A DNA stretch of 64,000 nt from a virus (Duplodnaviria > Caudoviricetes). The notes beneath the pieces were generated by a model. It was not told the DNA's origin and did not search any database. It saw nothing but the letters and a program-made list of their open reading frames with translations. The stretch lies in IMG/VR virus record IMGVR_UViG_3300001594_000003, positions 84,992 to 148,991 of that record, one strand, 5' to 3'. Position numbers and translations under genes: made by a program. Of this stretch, positions 29,320 to 38,380 are shown piece by piece (position 1 is the first letter of the stretch; every line of letters starts with the position of its first letter).

Positions 29320-29693
29320 TAGGCGACTCCTAGTTCCTTTAGACGTTCTTCGAGGCGTTCTTCGATAAGTGCCTCAAGTTTGTTTTGACGCTTGGTCTTC
29401 TTGGCTTTCTTAGCCGCTTTGATCTTCTTGCGCATGATCCACTCATGGACAAGCATGCCACATACCCAGCCGAAGGCACTCCCAAGCGCAGTAAAGAAGA
29501 TGAGTTCTTTACCAGACTGCGCGATCAATGCGATGACAACACCTTCGAACAATGTCATCGCGCCGCCACAGAAAAATGCTAGTAGCTTGTGGCCGCCCGC
29601 TACGTTCTTGTTCTGAAAACCGCGAAGAAACGTTGTGATGAACATGGCAGTCAATCCGCTGAGAGCCACGATCATACTGCTTGTAAATTCCAT
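29319..29693 (-). CDS. small multi-pass membrane protein
   Basis: about three TM segments and a basic tail. Confidence 0.7.
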   Translation of the reverse strand: MEFTSSMIVALSGLTAMFITTFLRGFQNKNVAGGHKLLAFFCGGAMTLFEGVVIALIAQSGKELIFFTALGSAFGWVCGMLVHEWIMRKKIKAAKKAKKTKRQNKLEALIEERLEERLKELGVA

Positions 29694-29762
29694 GTTCGTA
29701 TTCCTATCAAGTGCCTTCCGAAAGTGAGAAGTGTGCGTAGTCAGTGGTGTTCATGTTGTTCC

Positions 29763-30068
29763 TCAGAGCGTCTTCGATTCGCTCATTAACTTCAACAGGC
29801 TCGGACTGGATTTTACAATCGGACTCATTTCCACATCGAAGCGATTACCCGACTTGATTCGCAAAATTCCAATCTGGAACCCAAACTCGTGACTGTAGAA
29901 CTCAACGAAGTCGCCTTCGTTACCGTAGCTAATGGCAAGTTGCATCAGACGAGGCACAGCCGTGTCGAAGTATGCAAAGTGACGAGTGAGGATAACCTCT
30001 TTCGATTGACCGCGATACATTGTAGCTACTACGCGGCGACGATGGTGAACTTCTTTCTTTTCCATCAC
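29763..30068 (-). CDS. hypothetical protein
   Basis: coupled ORF. Confidence 0.6.
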   Translation of the reverse strand: MMEKKEVHHRRRVVATMYRGQSKEVILTRHFAYFDTAVPRLMQLAISYGNEGDFVEFYSHEFGFQIGILRIKSGNRFDVEMSPIVKSSPSLLKLMSESKTL

Positions 30069-30523
30069 AGCACCGCCAGTTTTTGTTTGCGAGTTTCATG
30101 CTCACGTGCCGCCTCGATGTTCTGCATCAGATCATACACAAACGGCGCCAGATACGGATCAACCTTCTCCATGGCTTTCCGCGCCTTGAAGAACTTGCGC
30201 TCACGCTTGCCCTCTTCTGGCCAGTCGTGACTCCAACCAGTAAACTGCATGGCATACATGGTGACTTCTTGAATCTGGTTGTTCTTGATGTAACGGTAGC
30301 TGCCGAGCTTCATGCCGACTTTACCGGTAGCACCCGCTTCTTCCCAAACTTCCTTAGCAGCAGACTCGCGCTCGGTAAGATCGATTTCGACGCCGCCTTT
30401 CGGGAAGACCCACTCCTTGCCACTACTAGACGTGACAAGAAGAATCTCAACGCCGCGCTGAGTAACGTCGAACACTACACAACCGCTAGATTTACGAGTA
30501 CGCATTAGGACTTCCTTATTCAA
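30065..30523 (-). CDS. Nudix hydrolase (paralog of 10108..10812)
   Basis: WVFPKGGVE...AAKEVWEEAG. Confidence 0.9.
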   Translation of the reverse strand: MNKEVLMRTRKSSGCVVFDVTQRGVEILLVTSSSGKEWVFPKGGVEIDLTERESAAKEVWEEAGATGKVGMKLGSYRYIKNNQIQEVTMYAMQFTGWSHDWPEEGKRERKFFKARKAMEKVDPYLAPFVYDLMQNIEAAREHETRKQKLAVL

Positions 30524-30525
30524 TG

Positions 30526-30711
30526 TTAGATAACTTCGGGTTCATCGCCGGCGTTTTCTTCATCATCTTCGTAGAGACTGAGGCGCCTATAGTAATAGTC
30601 GGCTTGACGTGCCAACACATCCATTTCTTTTCTCTGGGTGCGAATGTGGAGCTGCTTGATTAGCACAAGCAATACCATTAGAACGCTAAACACAATTAAT
30701 GCGAAAGTCAT
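30526..30711 (-). CDS. small membrane protein
   Basis: N-terminal TM segment. Confidence 0.55.
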   Translation of the reverse strand: MTFALIVFSVLMVLLVLIKQLHIRTQRKEMDVLARQADYYYRRLSLYEDDEENAGDEPEVI

Positions 30712-30718
30712 GGGATAC

Positions 30719-31192
30719 CTATTCGATTAGGTCGCTTTGATTAGTTAGCGCTTCTGCCAGCGAGTCGAGGAGCACTCGTTTGTTCTCGGCGTTGCTTACG
30801 ATGCAGTGAATAGAAGTAACGTTGTACCGCACGTTAGGCATATTGAACAGCGATCCGTGCAGGCAACCATATTCAAGTCGCAGCGAACAACCAGTCTCAT
30901 CGTCGAGCTTTGGTTGGGCTATCTTGCATAATTCCGTGTATATACGAACTGCATGTTCGATACCTTCTACGGTAACAGCTAGGGTCAGGTAGAACTGACT
31001 GTCGTCCTCATTAGTTTCAACGTGGCTGGCACAACACCACAAAGTTGCAACGCCAGGCAACGCATTCAGCTTCGGCAGAAGATCGACGAACTCAACGTCG
31101 CAGTTCGGATAGTTTGCTTCCGCAAATGCTGCGGCTCGTTGTGTTGCCAACTGAAAAATCTCAGGTTGAGTAACCAATAGCTGCATATTCAT
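30719..31192 (-). CDS. hypothetical protein
   Basis: coupled ORF with T..CC.SH motif. Confidence 0.65.
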   Translation of the reverse strand: MNMQLLVTQPEIFQLATQRAAAFAEANYPNCDVEFVDLLPKLNALPGVATLWCCASHVETNEDDSQFYLTLAVTVEGIEHAVRIYTELCKIAQPKLDDETGCSLRLEYGCLHGSLFNMPNVRYNVTSIHCIVSNAENKRVLLDSLAEALTNQSDLIE

Positions 31193-31554
31193 GCTTGGTG
31201 TCCTATGTGCAGACCATTCTTGATGTGGATTTGTTCATAAATTTCACGGCAGTAGATACGAGTGTCAAGAATCTCGACCCTGTAGGTATTGTTGCCGCGC
31301 AGCCACGATCTGTCTTTGCCAAGACTAAACATGCGTACCATGTTCATGGTCATCTTCTTGGCGTTCAACTCCAACCGAATCAGATGGCGTGCCTCGTTAA
31401 GGTCTACCGAACGCACCTTGGAGACATAAAACTTCTTCGGCTCGGTACTTGTTGCAGCTTCGTACTCAAGCACAAACAAAGACAGCGCCACGTTCTGCGT
31501 GACTGGGATACCCGATTTGCGAACTACAGAACCGAACATGCTTTTGACTGTCAT
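31189..31554 (-). CDS. hypothetical protein
   Basis: ATGA-coupled ORF. Confidence 0.6.
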   Translation of the reverse strand: MTVKSMFGSVVRKSGIPVTQNVALSLFVLEYEAATSTEPKKFYVSKVRSVDLNEARHLIRLELNAKKMTMNMVRMFSLGKDRSWLRGNNTYRVEILDTRIYCREIYEQIHIKNGLHIGHQA

Positions 31555-31805
31555 ATCTCACACCTGTTAGTAAGCAGCGACTGGCTGCCGATTTCAATCA
31601 AACTGAGAAGTTCACTGTACCTATCGCCCAACGTTTCTGCGTTCGGGAACGGTATGCCAACCTCTACTCTAATTAGGTCGGAGCGGTCACACAACAACAC
31701 GCTCCGAAGTGTGTCACGCTTAATGCCTAGCGCCTTACGACGACAAACAAGAGCAACACCGCGCGCCTTCAACTGCAACATTCGGACGCTAACACTCACT
31801 GCCAT
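31551..31805 (-). CDS. hypothetical protein
   Basis: coupled ORF. Confidence 0.5.
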   Translation of the reverse strand: MAVSVSVRMLQLKARGVALVCRRKALGIKRDTLRSVLLCDRSDLIRVEVGIPFPNAETLGDRYSELLSLIEIGSQSLLTNRCEI

Positions 31806-31806
31806 T

Positions 31807-32178
31807 TCATACCTTCAATACAAAGGGTTTATCGAGTCTATCAAGCAGGATATCTGTTAGTCGAAGCGGTATCACGTCGGACAACATGCCGGTGCGGATC
31901 AGCAGCGCTTCGTTCACAGCGTATGAACTTTCAGGGCCTGTTAAAACGAATTTCCCATGCCGTGTTCGGTGTCGTACAACTATTACGGATTCCGTGTCAT
32001 TCAAGGATACGGACATTGTGTATCCCTGTTCACGAACAGCATCAGCGCGTTTACGAATGTCCAACCGCAAACGAACTTGGTTCACTTCAAACTCACTTCG
32101 GTGCCTCAACATCCTCTCTACGGTTTGTTTGCCGAAAGTGTTTGCGACGTAGTGGAAATCCTCTTGCGTGTAAGGCAT
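31807..32178 (-). CDS. hypothetical early protein
   Basis: first gene after promoter copy A; AAGGAG RBS. Confidence 0.6.
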   Translation of the reverse strand: MPYTQEDFHYVANTFGKQTVERMLRHRSEFEVNQVRLRLDIRKRADAVREQGYTMSVSLNDTESVIVVRHRTRHGKFVLTGPESSYAVNEALLIRTGMLSDVIPLRLTDILLDRLDKPFVLKV

Positions 32179-32199
32179 CTTGCCTCTCCTTCGCACTAA

Positions 32200-32340
32200 A
32201 CCTATCCTATTGTTGTAACCACTACAAGTACAGCATGCGAATCCCTTGCACGTCTAGTATAACATAGCTGCAAACAGTCGTCAATGTCGATAACGGTTAT
32301 GTTTTTAGTTGAGGTATCTATCGTCTATCTGTGGAGCCGC
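32200..32340 (-). repeat. intergenic promoter module, copy A (diverged)
   Basis: shares TAACCACTA, CATAGCTGC.AACAGTCGTCAAT, TAACGGTTATGTTTTTAGTT, AGGTATCT and GTGGAG blocks with copies B and C. Confidence 0.8.
32256..32284 (-). promoter_or_regulatory. sigma70-type early promoter
   Basis: TTGACG-17 nt-TATACT with TG extension and an A-rich UP tract. Confidence 0.85.
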
Positions 32341-32345
32341 AAACG

Positions 32346-32379
32346 AAAAAGGGCAGCAGTCGTTAAACTGCCACCCTTT
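32346..32379 (-). terminator. intrinsic terminator
   Basis: interrupted GC-rich stem followed by TTTTT on the minus strand. Confidence 0.65.
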
Positions 32380-32382
32380 GTG

Positions 32383-32640
32383 TTATAGCACGATATCGAT
32401 GGAATTATCTTCAAGGTACTGCGGCGATCCGACGTAAAACTCCGGCCCGTAGAAGTTGCAGAAGTCCCAAAGCTGCATCGTCACATAGCCATCTTCGGTG
32501 CGTTCGATTTCGCGCGGAAACTTCAACTTCAACTGCGAGTGCTCGTCTTCGATAAGGCGCTTGGTCACGGCCTCGCCTTACGCGGTCAGCTTGAACTTGA
32601 TGGTGGTGTTCAGGTTTGCGGTGACGTTGTAGTTCGGCAT
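32383..32640 (-). pseudogene. small phage gene interrupted by an in-frame TAA (32578-32580)
   Basis: AGGAG RBS and ATG 32640; reads ...KFKLTA*GEAVTKR... in one frame. Confidence 0.65.
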
Positions 32641-32641
32641 A

Positions 32642-33109
32642 TCAACTCTCCTGCTTGTGAAGGAGTTCATCGACAAATGGAGTATCGAGAAGGCTGTGAT
32701 ACTCCTCGACTGCCATGTCAAACAGAAGCGCGACCCACGTTTCAAACTGGTCGAAACGGGTGATCCCAACCATGCCCATGTGCGCAGTGCGATCAAACTG
32801 CACACACGTCGCCAGCAACGTACTGCGTTGGCAGGCGTTGATTGTCTCACGAACCAAACCGTTGATCAATTCGTGATGGGTAATCAAACCCATATCGTAC
32901 TGGCCGAACAGGTCCTTGGCATTAGGAATCAAAACGTCACGCAACTCGTACCCTGCTTCTTTCTTGAGTTCGCTGAACTTGCCAAGATCGAGGTCCTTGT
33001 TGGCGTTCGACAAGAGAACGTGAATCTGCTTCGCGGAGAAACTCATTTCTTCTTCCTTTTGGACGGAGTGTTGAGATTGCACTGAGAGTTGGCAGTGGCT
33101 TTCGCCCAC
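32642..33109 (-). CDS. hypothetical protein
   Basis: packed ORF, start probably near 33046. Confidence 0.55.
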   Translation of the reverse strand: MGESHCQLSVQSQHSVQKEEEMSFSAKQIHVLLSNANKDLDLGKFSELKKEAGYELRDVLIPNAKDLFGQYDMGLITHHELINGLVRETINACQRSTLLATCVQFDRTAHMGMVGITRFDQFETWVALLFDMAVEEYHSLLDTPFVDELLHKQES

Positions 33110-33576
33110 TCGATGGCGTCGTTCCAGGCCATCGTCAGTAGTACGTAGACAGGCACACGCAAACTTCTAGGTTCCAGTTGCTGACAGGCGTCGTGAATGG
33201 AGAGGCGATAGAAGCGCGAGTAGTCGATCAGACCAAACCCGATATCCTTCTGCTGGCGCATAGATGCTTTGTTTGCAGCCTCCATGTCGAAGCTGTCTTC
33301 GTGAATCTGTGCAGCCTTTAGGACCAAACGGGCTAGAGCCTCGCACGGACTCTGCGCGTCTCCAGACAAGAATACCAGTTGGTTCTTACCGTTAATGTTT
33401 AGTTCGCGCAACGCAGTGAGAGGCTTCGGCTCGAAGCGATCAGCACCTACAGGCGAACCGACAACTACGGTTGTGTTTGGATTCAGGCTATTGACCTGTT
33501 GCAGCAGATCGATGACCTGTGCGACGTTGGGTTCTTCTGCAAACTCGGCACGTGGACTATCAGAAACAAAACGCAT
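33043..33576 (-). CDS. hypothetical protein
   Basis: AAGGAG RBS. Confidence 0.65.
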   Translation of the reverse strand: MRFVSDSPRAEFAEEPNVAQVIDLLQQVNSLNPNTTVVVGSPVGADRFEPKPLTALRELNINGKNQLVFLSGDAQSPCEALARLVLKAAQIHEDSFDMEAANKASMRQQKDIGFGLIDYSRFYRLSIHDACQQLEPRSLRVPVYVLLTMAWNDAIEWAKATANSQCNLNTPSKRKKK

Positions 33577-33586
33577 TGCAGTCTCC

Positions 33587-33853
33587 TTACTTAGGCAATC
33601 TTGGGGTACGCAGTGGAAGGCGATTCAGCTTCGACATACGCTCTCGGGCCAGCGCTTTAAGTTCGCGCCGTGTGTTCTCTACGCGGATCAACTTAGCGCC
33701 CGTTGCCTTAGCGGTTAGTTCAGCGTACGGACTGTCGTCGGAGTAGCGACGTGCTTCGGATTCGTTGTGTGTCCAACGGTAGTCGGTGCCGAAGCCTGTG
33801 CAGTAGCTTGAACTCAACAGGTACTTGCCACGTTTCTTCAAAATGATGGCCAT
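33587..33853 (-). CDS. hypothetical protein
   Basis: AAGGA RBS. Confidence 0.6.
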   Translation of the reverse strand: MAIILKKRGKYLLSSSYCTGFGTDYRWTHNESEARRYSDDSPYAELTAKATGAKLIRVENTRRELKALARERMSKLNRLPLRTPRLPK

Positions 33854-33861
33854 GCGAGTCC

Positions 33862-34212
33862 TTAGAGTATGTTTGACGAAACTACTTCGAGTCGAACTCC
33901 CAGAAGGTCTACGGTACCGTAGGTAGGTTCGTACTCGTTTCGGTAGACTGGAGTTACGATCAGAAAGTTGCCGTCGCGCATCATAAACAGGCGCCTGTTC
34001 TTAGCAACGCACTCAATGAGGAAGGTGCGAATGGTTTCGGATACCTTAAAAGCAGAACTAAAGTATGCGTGATTGCGCGTCGCTACCAGAACGCTGGCAG
34101 CGTGTTTCTTGCGGATGAAGTCAGCTACTGCCGAACCAAATTCTACAGTGGATGTGACGTTCTTCATGGTGCGGTCCTTGTTAGTGGTATCGGGTACATT
34201 CACACTGCCCAC
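33862..34212 (-). CDS. hypothetical protein
   Basis: packed ORF. Confidence 0.55.
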   Translation of the reverse strand: MGSVNVPDTTNKDRTMKNVTSTVEFGSAVADFIRKKHAASVLVATRNHAYFSSAFKVSETIRTFLIECVAKNRRLFMMRDGNFLIVTPVYRNEYEPTYGTVDLLGVRLEVVSSNIL

Positions 34213-34234
34213 TCAAGAGAATGGGCAGGAGGAA

Positions 34235-34852
34235 TTATCCCAAAGACTCATGCAGATACTTTGAATAAGCATCGCGGCATGGTCTGCAAACATCACGCGG
34301 CTGCGCTGCGCTTCCCTCCTCGAAGTCGCGGTAGGTGAAGCGTTGCTCGACCTGGGCCTTGCAGGTGTCGCAGCGGCCGGGGTTGCGCTTCTCGACGTAG
34401 TGGCGTTCGGTCTTACCTGCGTCGTCGAACACAGGGACCGGGTACGTCTGCCCGCTACCGTCAGTGATAACTGAACCGGCCTCGTTCACGACGAGTTTGT
34501 ACCACTGCTCGCGGTCAGTACCCTTAGGTACGCACCACAACACGCCAGCCTCTTTGGCGAACGGGTCGATGTGCGGTTCCTTATCGACGAGTTGGTCGAT
34601 AGTGACCTCGTTGTCTTTCGCAAAACGAAAGATCGGAATCCACTCGTTTGTCTCCATGACAAACTTCCAGCGCGACTCAGCCCAGTGTGGCAGCGCCAGC
34701 ATATCGTGTTCGCTGATATGCGCGTCCTGGATGTTCTGGCAGATTTCATTCTCCCAGAAAGTCAGGCAAGCCGAATCGCGAAGGTCCAGTTCGTGGACGA
34801 TTTGCTCGAAGGTGTAGACTTCATCGCGACGGGGGAAAATGCGCTTAGCCAT
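34235..34852 (-). CDS. hypothetical protein with C-terminal CxxC...CxxC
   Basis: GGAG RBS; CDTC and CRPC. Confidence 0.65.
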   Translation of the reverse strand: MAKRIFPRRDEVYTFEQIVHELDLRDSACLTFWENEICQNIQDAHISEHDMLALPHWAESRWKFVMETNEWIPIFRFAKDNEVTIDQLVDKEPHIDPFAKEAGVLWCVPKGTDREQWYKLVVNEAGSVITDGSGQTYPVPVFDDAGKTERHYVEKRNPGRCDTCKAQVEQRFTYRDFEEGSAAQPRDVCRPCRDAYSKYLHESLG

Positions 34853-34910
34853 GTTTGTATCTCCATCTTAGTTGCTGCCACGACGAAATGCCGTGGCAGG
34901 TGTTGCTTTG

Positions 34911-35171
34911 TTAAAGAGGCTGCGGTGTTTGCAGCGCGTACTCTACAGGGGCTGCCTGTATGTCATCCGCATGAATGATGCGGGCAACGATGTAAGGCTT
35001 TACTGCAACTGGACGACTCATGTGATCGAGAGTCGGTGTTTCGGATAGTGCAACCTCCATAACGATCAGGTCCAGCATATCGAGCTTGTTTACAAACTCG
35101 GTGATGCTGATCATGCCTTCACGAACAAGTTCTGCAATCGGTCCAACCACAGCGTGCGATACTTTAGACAT
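34911..35171 (-). CDS. hypothetical protein
   Basis: AAGGAG RBS. Confidence 0.6.
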   Translation of the reverse strand: MSKVSHAVVGPIAELVREGMISITEFVNKLDMLDLIVMEVALSETPTLDHMSRPVAVKPYIVARIIHADDIQAAPVEYALQTPQPL

Positions 35172-35180
35172 GGTGACTCC

Positions 35181-36128
35181 TTACTTAGCGATTTTTTCTT
35201 GATGGGCCATGTAGGCCTCGATTGCATCTTGGGCAGCTTCGCAAACATCATCGGTCATGTACTGCTTGATGTAGGCAATCTGCTGACGATGCGGTGCGTC
35301 CTGCTTTTCAAACAGCTCCAACATGGACTTGAAGCGAAGCGTAGTACCCAGCGAGTGCTTGAAGTTTACCCAGCGACCATCGCTGACCTTGGCGTTCTTC
35401 TGACGGAACGTTTGGACCGACATGCGACGGGCGTTGTTATCAACGGACAGGGCAATCTCAACAACAGCGCCTGTTTTGTTGGAGAAGAAAAACTTATCGT
35501 CTGTTACCTCCAGCTTCAAGCCGTACTCTTTAGCAAGTTTGCGAACTTCAGGAACGCTAACCAGCTTCTTGGCAGGTGCAGCGCAGGTGGCGTCGTCAAT
35601 CAGTTCGTGAACCGTGACAACTTTCTTCGTCTCTACAGTTACAACAGGCTTATCTGCCTTCGCAGGCTTAGCCTTGGCAAAGATGTGATCCACATCGATC
35701 AGCACGGTGTCACGCTTGCTCGGGAACGCAATGTTGCGGTCATAAACAAACTTGGTACCGATCTTGCGAATGCGATGGATCGGGAAGTACATATCAGAGC
35801 AGAACACTTCCAACGTGTTTGCCCGCTCTGGCCAAGTGCTGATGGTCACAATGATGTGATCCATCTGACCATACTTAACCAGCTTGCCGTTATCGCTCGG
35901 CAGGTAGAGGTCTTTACCAACCAACTTAACAGAAGCTGGTTGATCCTTGTGCGTGACAACTTTTTGTCCCTCAGCAAGAAGGTGATTAATGACCAACGCA
36001 CTGACGATCTGATTGGCTATAGCTGCTTGTGCCCAGTTCTTTGCAACTGGCTTTACCTTCTTAGCCGCTGGCTTGCGAACATTCTTGGCGGCAGTCTTGG
36101 CAACAGTAGTCTTCTTGGTGATGGTCAT
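35181..36128 (-). CDS. basic early protein with Lys/Ala-rich N-terminus
   Basis: first gene after promoter copy B; KKTTVAKTAAK..KPAAKK. Confidence 0.7.
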   Translation of the reverse strand: MTITKKTTVAKTAAKNVRKPAAKKVKPVAKNWAQAAIANQIVSALVINHLLAEGQKVVTHKDQPASVKLVGKDLYLPSDNGKLVKYGQMDHIIVTISTWPERANTLEVFCSDMYFPIHRIRKIGTKFVYDRNIAFPSKRDTVLIDVDHIFAKAKPAKADKPVVTVETKKVVTVHELIDDATCAAPAKKLVSVPEVRKLAKEYGLKLEVTDDKFFFSNKTGAVVEIALSVDNNARRMSVQTFRQKNAKVSDGRWVNFKHSLGTTLRFKSMLELFEKQDAPHRQQIAYIKQYMTDDVCEAAQDAIEAYMAHQEKIAK

Positions 36129-36138
36129 GTTAGTAATT

Positions 36139-36361
36139 CCTTGCAAACTAATTGAGTGAGTGTGAAACCTTAACTAGAGTCGTAACCACTAGCGTGCTAG
36201 CTCGGTTTGGCTCTGTGACTCCAGTATAGCATAGCTGCGAACAGTCGTGCAATGACTATAATGGTTTTTCTTTTAGTTTAGGTATCTGACAGACCGTAAC
36301 GTGTGGAGTCTACAGTCTAAAGCGAAGGGCAAAGGTATTTACATAACGCGATCCGCAGACC
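36139..36361 (-). repeat. intergenic promoter module, copy B
   Basis: colinear near-identical blocks with 38158-38378. Confidence 0.9.
36223..36252 (-). promoter_or_regulatory. sigma70-type early promoter
   Basis: TTGCAC-18 nt-TATACT with TG extension. Confidence 0.75.
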
Positions 36362-36363
36362 AT

Positions 36364-36388
36364 AAAAAGGGGACCCGAAGGCCCCCTT
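36364..36388 (-). terminator. intrinsic terminator
   Basis: AGGGGGCC-TTCG-GGTCCCCT-TTTT. Confidence 0.85.
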
Positions 36389-36391
36389 GAG

Positions 36392-37669
36392 TTAGACAAG
36401 TCGCTGTGAATAGTTTGCGTGATGCACGGCTTGCGGTACTGCCTTGCGGTGCCACGTCTTAAGCGCTTGGAACACAAACAAGGTCGCTGTCACCGTTTGC
36501 AGATACTCAAACATACCTTGAAGTGGCCAAATGATCAAGAACGACAAGAACATGGCTACGGTAAAGTGCATATCTCGGCTCAGCCGCTTAGCTGTCACCC
36601 AGTAAGCATACAGACCCATAGGGATCACAACCGCAGACAAGAAGCCGAAGCGGAACAACGTACCAACAATACCAACGTCAGATAGGAAGAAGTAGTCACC
36701 GAAGTGTGGCTTGAAGCCTCCGTTCCACATCAAACTAAGGGAACCACTTGGCAACCACATGTTTGTGTCCAGGTGCTTCAAGATTTGACCAACCGTATTC
36801 TCACGGACGTTATCTTGTACGCCTTCCTCCACAGCTTGCATGTAGAAGTCTAGGCTCACGCCAAGATGCAATAGCAACTCTGGGTTCAAGTAGAAAGGCA
36901 GAGCAACCAGAACACCTACAACACCAAACTTCACGAATCGCAGCTTCAATGTCAGGATGCTGAACACCAAGCACACCAGAAGCAACTGGCGAGTTTGAGT
37001 CACAAACACCAAGGTCATAAAGAACAACACGGCGAGCCCTATATAGATCATGCCGCCGCGCTTACTGCCGTCTATCATTGACTTGCCAGTATGCCAATAA
37101 TAGACACACATGCAGAACCCAATGATCAATGCTTCGGCACCGATTGAAGCGCGACCTGGTCGACTCTGGTCATGCGAACCATCCAGGTCACGTAGTTCTG
37201 GTGTGATTTCCTTGAAGGCTAACCACGACAAAACAACTGCGACCATGGCGGTACTCAGGATCAATCGCTCGAACTGAGCAGCCGACATTCGGTGTGCCGC
37301 AAACAGTAACCAGAAGGCACTGAAACACATTAGGACTCGACGTTCTTCAATCAGACCGTATTGAAACGGTTGACCATAATACAACATCGAGAACACGGCA
37401 GGCATCACGACAAACATGAAGGTCATGAACAAGCAGAACGACAACAAGGCGTTGTACTCAGCCTTTCGACCTTTCGGTGAGCCCGCAATCAAGAATGCTG
37501 CGAAGCCAAGGCAGATAGCTATGTAGAGTTCTTGAACGTATTTGATTCCGATTGGGTTCATTGGGCTAGCGTCAAACAATCCGAAATGCAGGACCATCAA
37601 CCCAAGCGTGAGCCCACATAGGATCACATTACCTTTACTTCGTTTTTCCGTATACATGAGCGGCTCCAT
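36392..37669 (-). CDS. Wzy/O-antigen-ligase-like polytopic membrane protein
   Basis: about 10-12 TM segments, FVTQTRQ motif, large loop with R.NT and SDVG..G..FRFG. Confidence 0.65.
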   Translation of the reverse strand: MEPLMYTEKRSKGNVILCGLTLGLMVLHFGLFDASPMNPIGIKYVQELYIAICLGFAAFLIAGSPKGRKAEYNALLSFCLFMTFMFVVMPAVFSMLYYGQPFQYGLIEERRVLMCFSAFWLLFAAHRMSAAQFERLILSTAMVAVVLSWLAFKEITPELRDLDGSHDQSRPGRASIGAEALIIGFCMCVYYWHTGKSMIDGSKRGGMIYIGLAVLFFMTLVFVTQTRQLLLVCLVFSILTLKLRFVKFGVVGVLVALPFYLNPELLLHLGVSLDFYMQAVEEGVQDNVRENTVGQILKHLDTNMWLPSGSLSLMWNGGFKPHFGDYFFLSDVGIVGTLFRFGFLSAVVIPMGLYAYWVTAKRLSRDMHFTVAMFLSFLIIWPLQGMFEYLQTVTATLFVFQALKTWHRKAVPQAVHHANYSQRLV

Positions 37670-37670
37670 T

Positions 37671-37856
37671 TCAATCCTTACTAGGCTTGCGCACTTGAGG
37701 AGGGGTGGTCATCTGTTCCATGACGCCCAGTTCTTTGTCTGATCGTGGTGCTTCGTGCTTACCTGCCCATAGGTAACCGAGCAGAATCAACAACACCACG
37801 ACACCGTAGTTGAACAGCTTTTTGTGAATCTGATCTGGTGTAGGTTTCTCGTCCAT
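37671..37856 (-). CDS. small membrane protein
   Basis: single TM segment. Confidence 0.55.
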   Translation of the reverse strand: MDEKPTPDQIHKKLFNYGVVVLLILLGYLWAGKHEAPRSDKELGVMEQMTTPPQVRKPSKD

Positions 37857-37871
37857 ACTGCACCTGCGCTA

Positions 37872-38150
37872 TTAAGCCGTTACGGAATACTTTTCAGCAC
37901 AAGGTGCGAGTTCCTCTCGAAGCATCTGCCGATCTAGCAGGTATGCCTTCAGATGGGAAATCGTTGTGCCAGAATCTATGGTCACACCAATGCTGAGGCT
38001 AACAGTGTAACTACCGTCACCAAGATTGATCTGGAAAAGCATGTCGGAACCAGCGTACACGACAACACTGACTTTACCATTCTTCTCAACCTTAACGGTA
38101 CGGTAGTCTTCCTTTAAAAACGTTTGAACTTCATTCGCAAACTGTTTCAT
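37872..38150 (-). CDS. hypothetical early protein
   Basis: first gene after promoter copy C; AAGGAG RBS. Confidence 0.6.
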   Translation of the reverse strand: MKQFANEVQTFLKEDYRTVKVEKNGKVSVVVYAGSDMLFQINLGDGSYTVSLSIGVTIDSGTTISHLKAYLLDRQMLREELAPCAEKYSVTA

Positions 38151-38157
38151 TGCCGCT

Positions 38158-38378
38158 CCTTGCAAACTAATGCAACCTAACCTAAGACTATAACCACTAG
38201 CGTGCTAGCTCGGTTTTGCTCTGTGAGTTCATTATAGCATAGCTGCGAACAGTCGTCAATATCGCTAACGGTTATGTTTTTAGTTTAGGTATCTGACAGA
38301 CCGCAACATGTGGAGACTACGATCTGTCAGGCTCGAAAGCGAAAGGCAAAGGTCTTTACATAGCACGATCCGCAGACC
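38158..38378 (-). repeat. intergenic promoter module, copy C
   Basis: direct repeat of 36139-36361. Confidence 0.9.
38231..38259 (-). promoter_or_regulatory. near-consensus sigma70 promoter
   Basis: TTGACG-17 nt-TATAAT with TG extension and an UP tract. Confidence 0.9.
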
Positions 38379-38380
38379 TG

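Noticed and set aside
32578-32580. Stop-codon reassignment
   Set aside because: TAA, TAG and TGA all end well-packed genes elsewhere; this is an isolated case.
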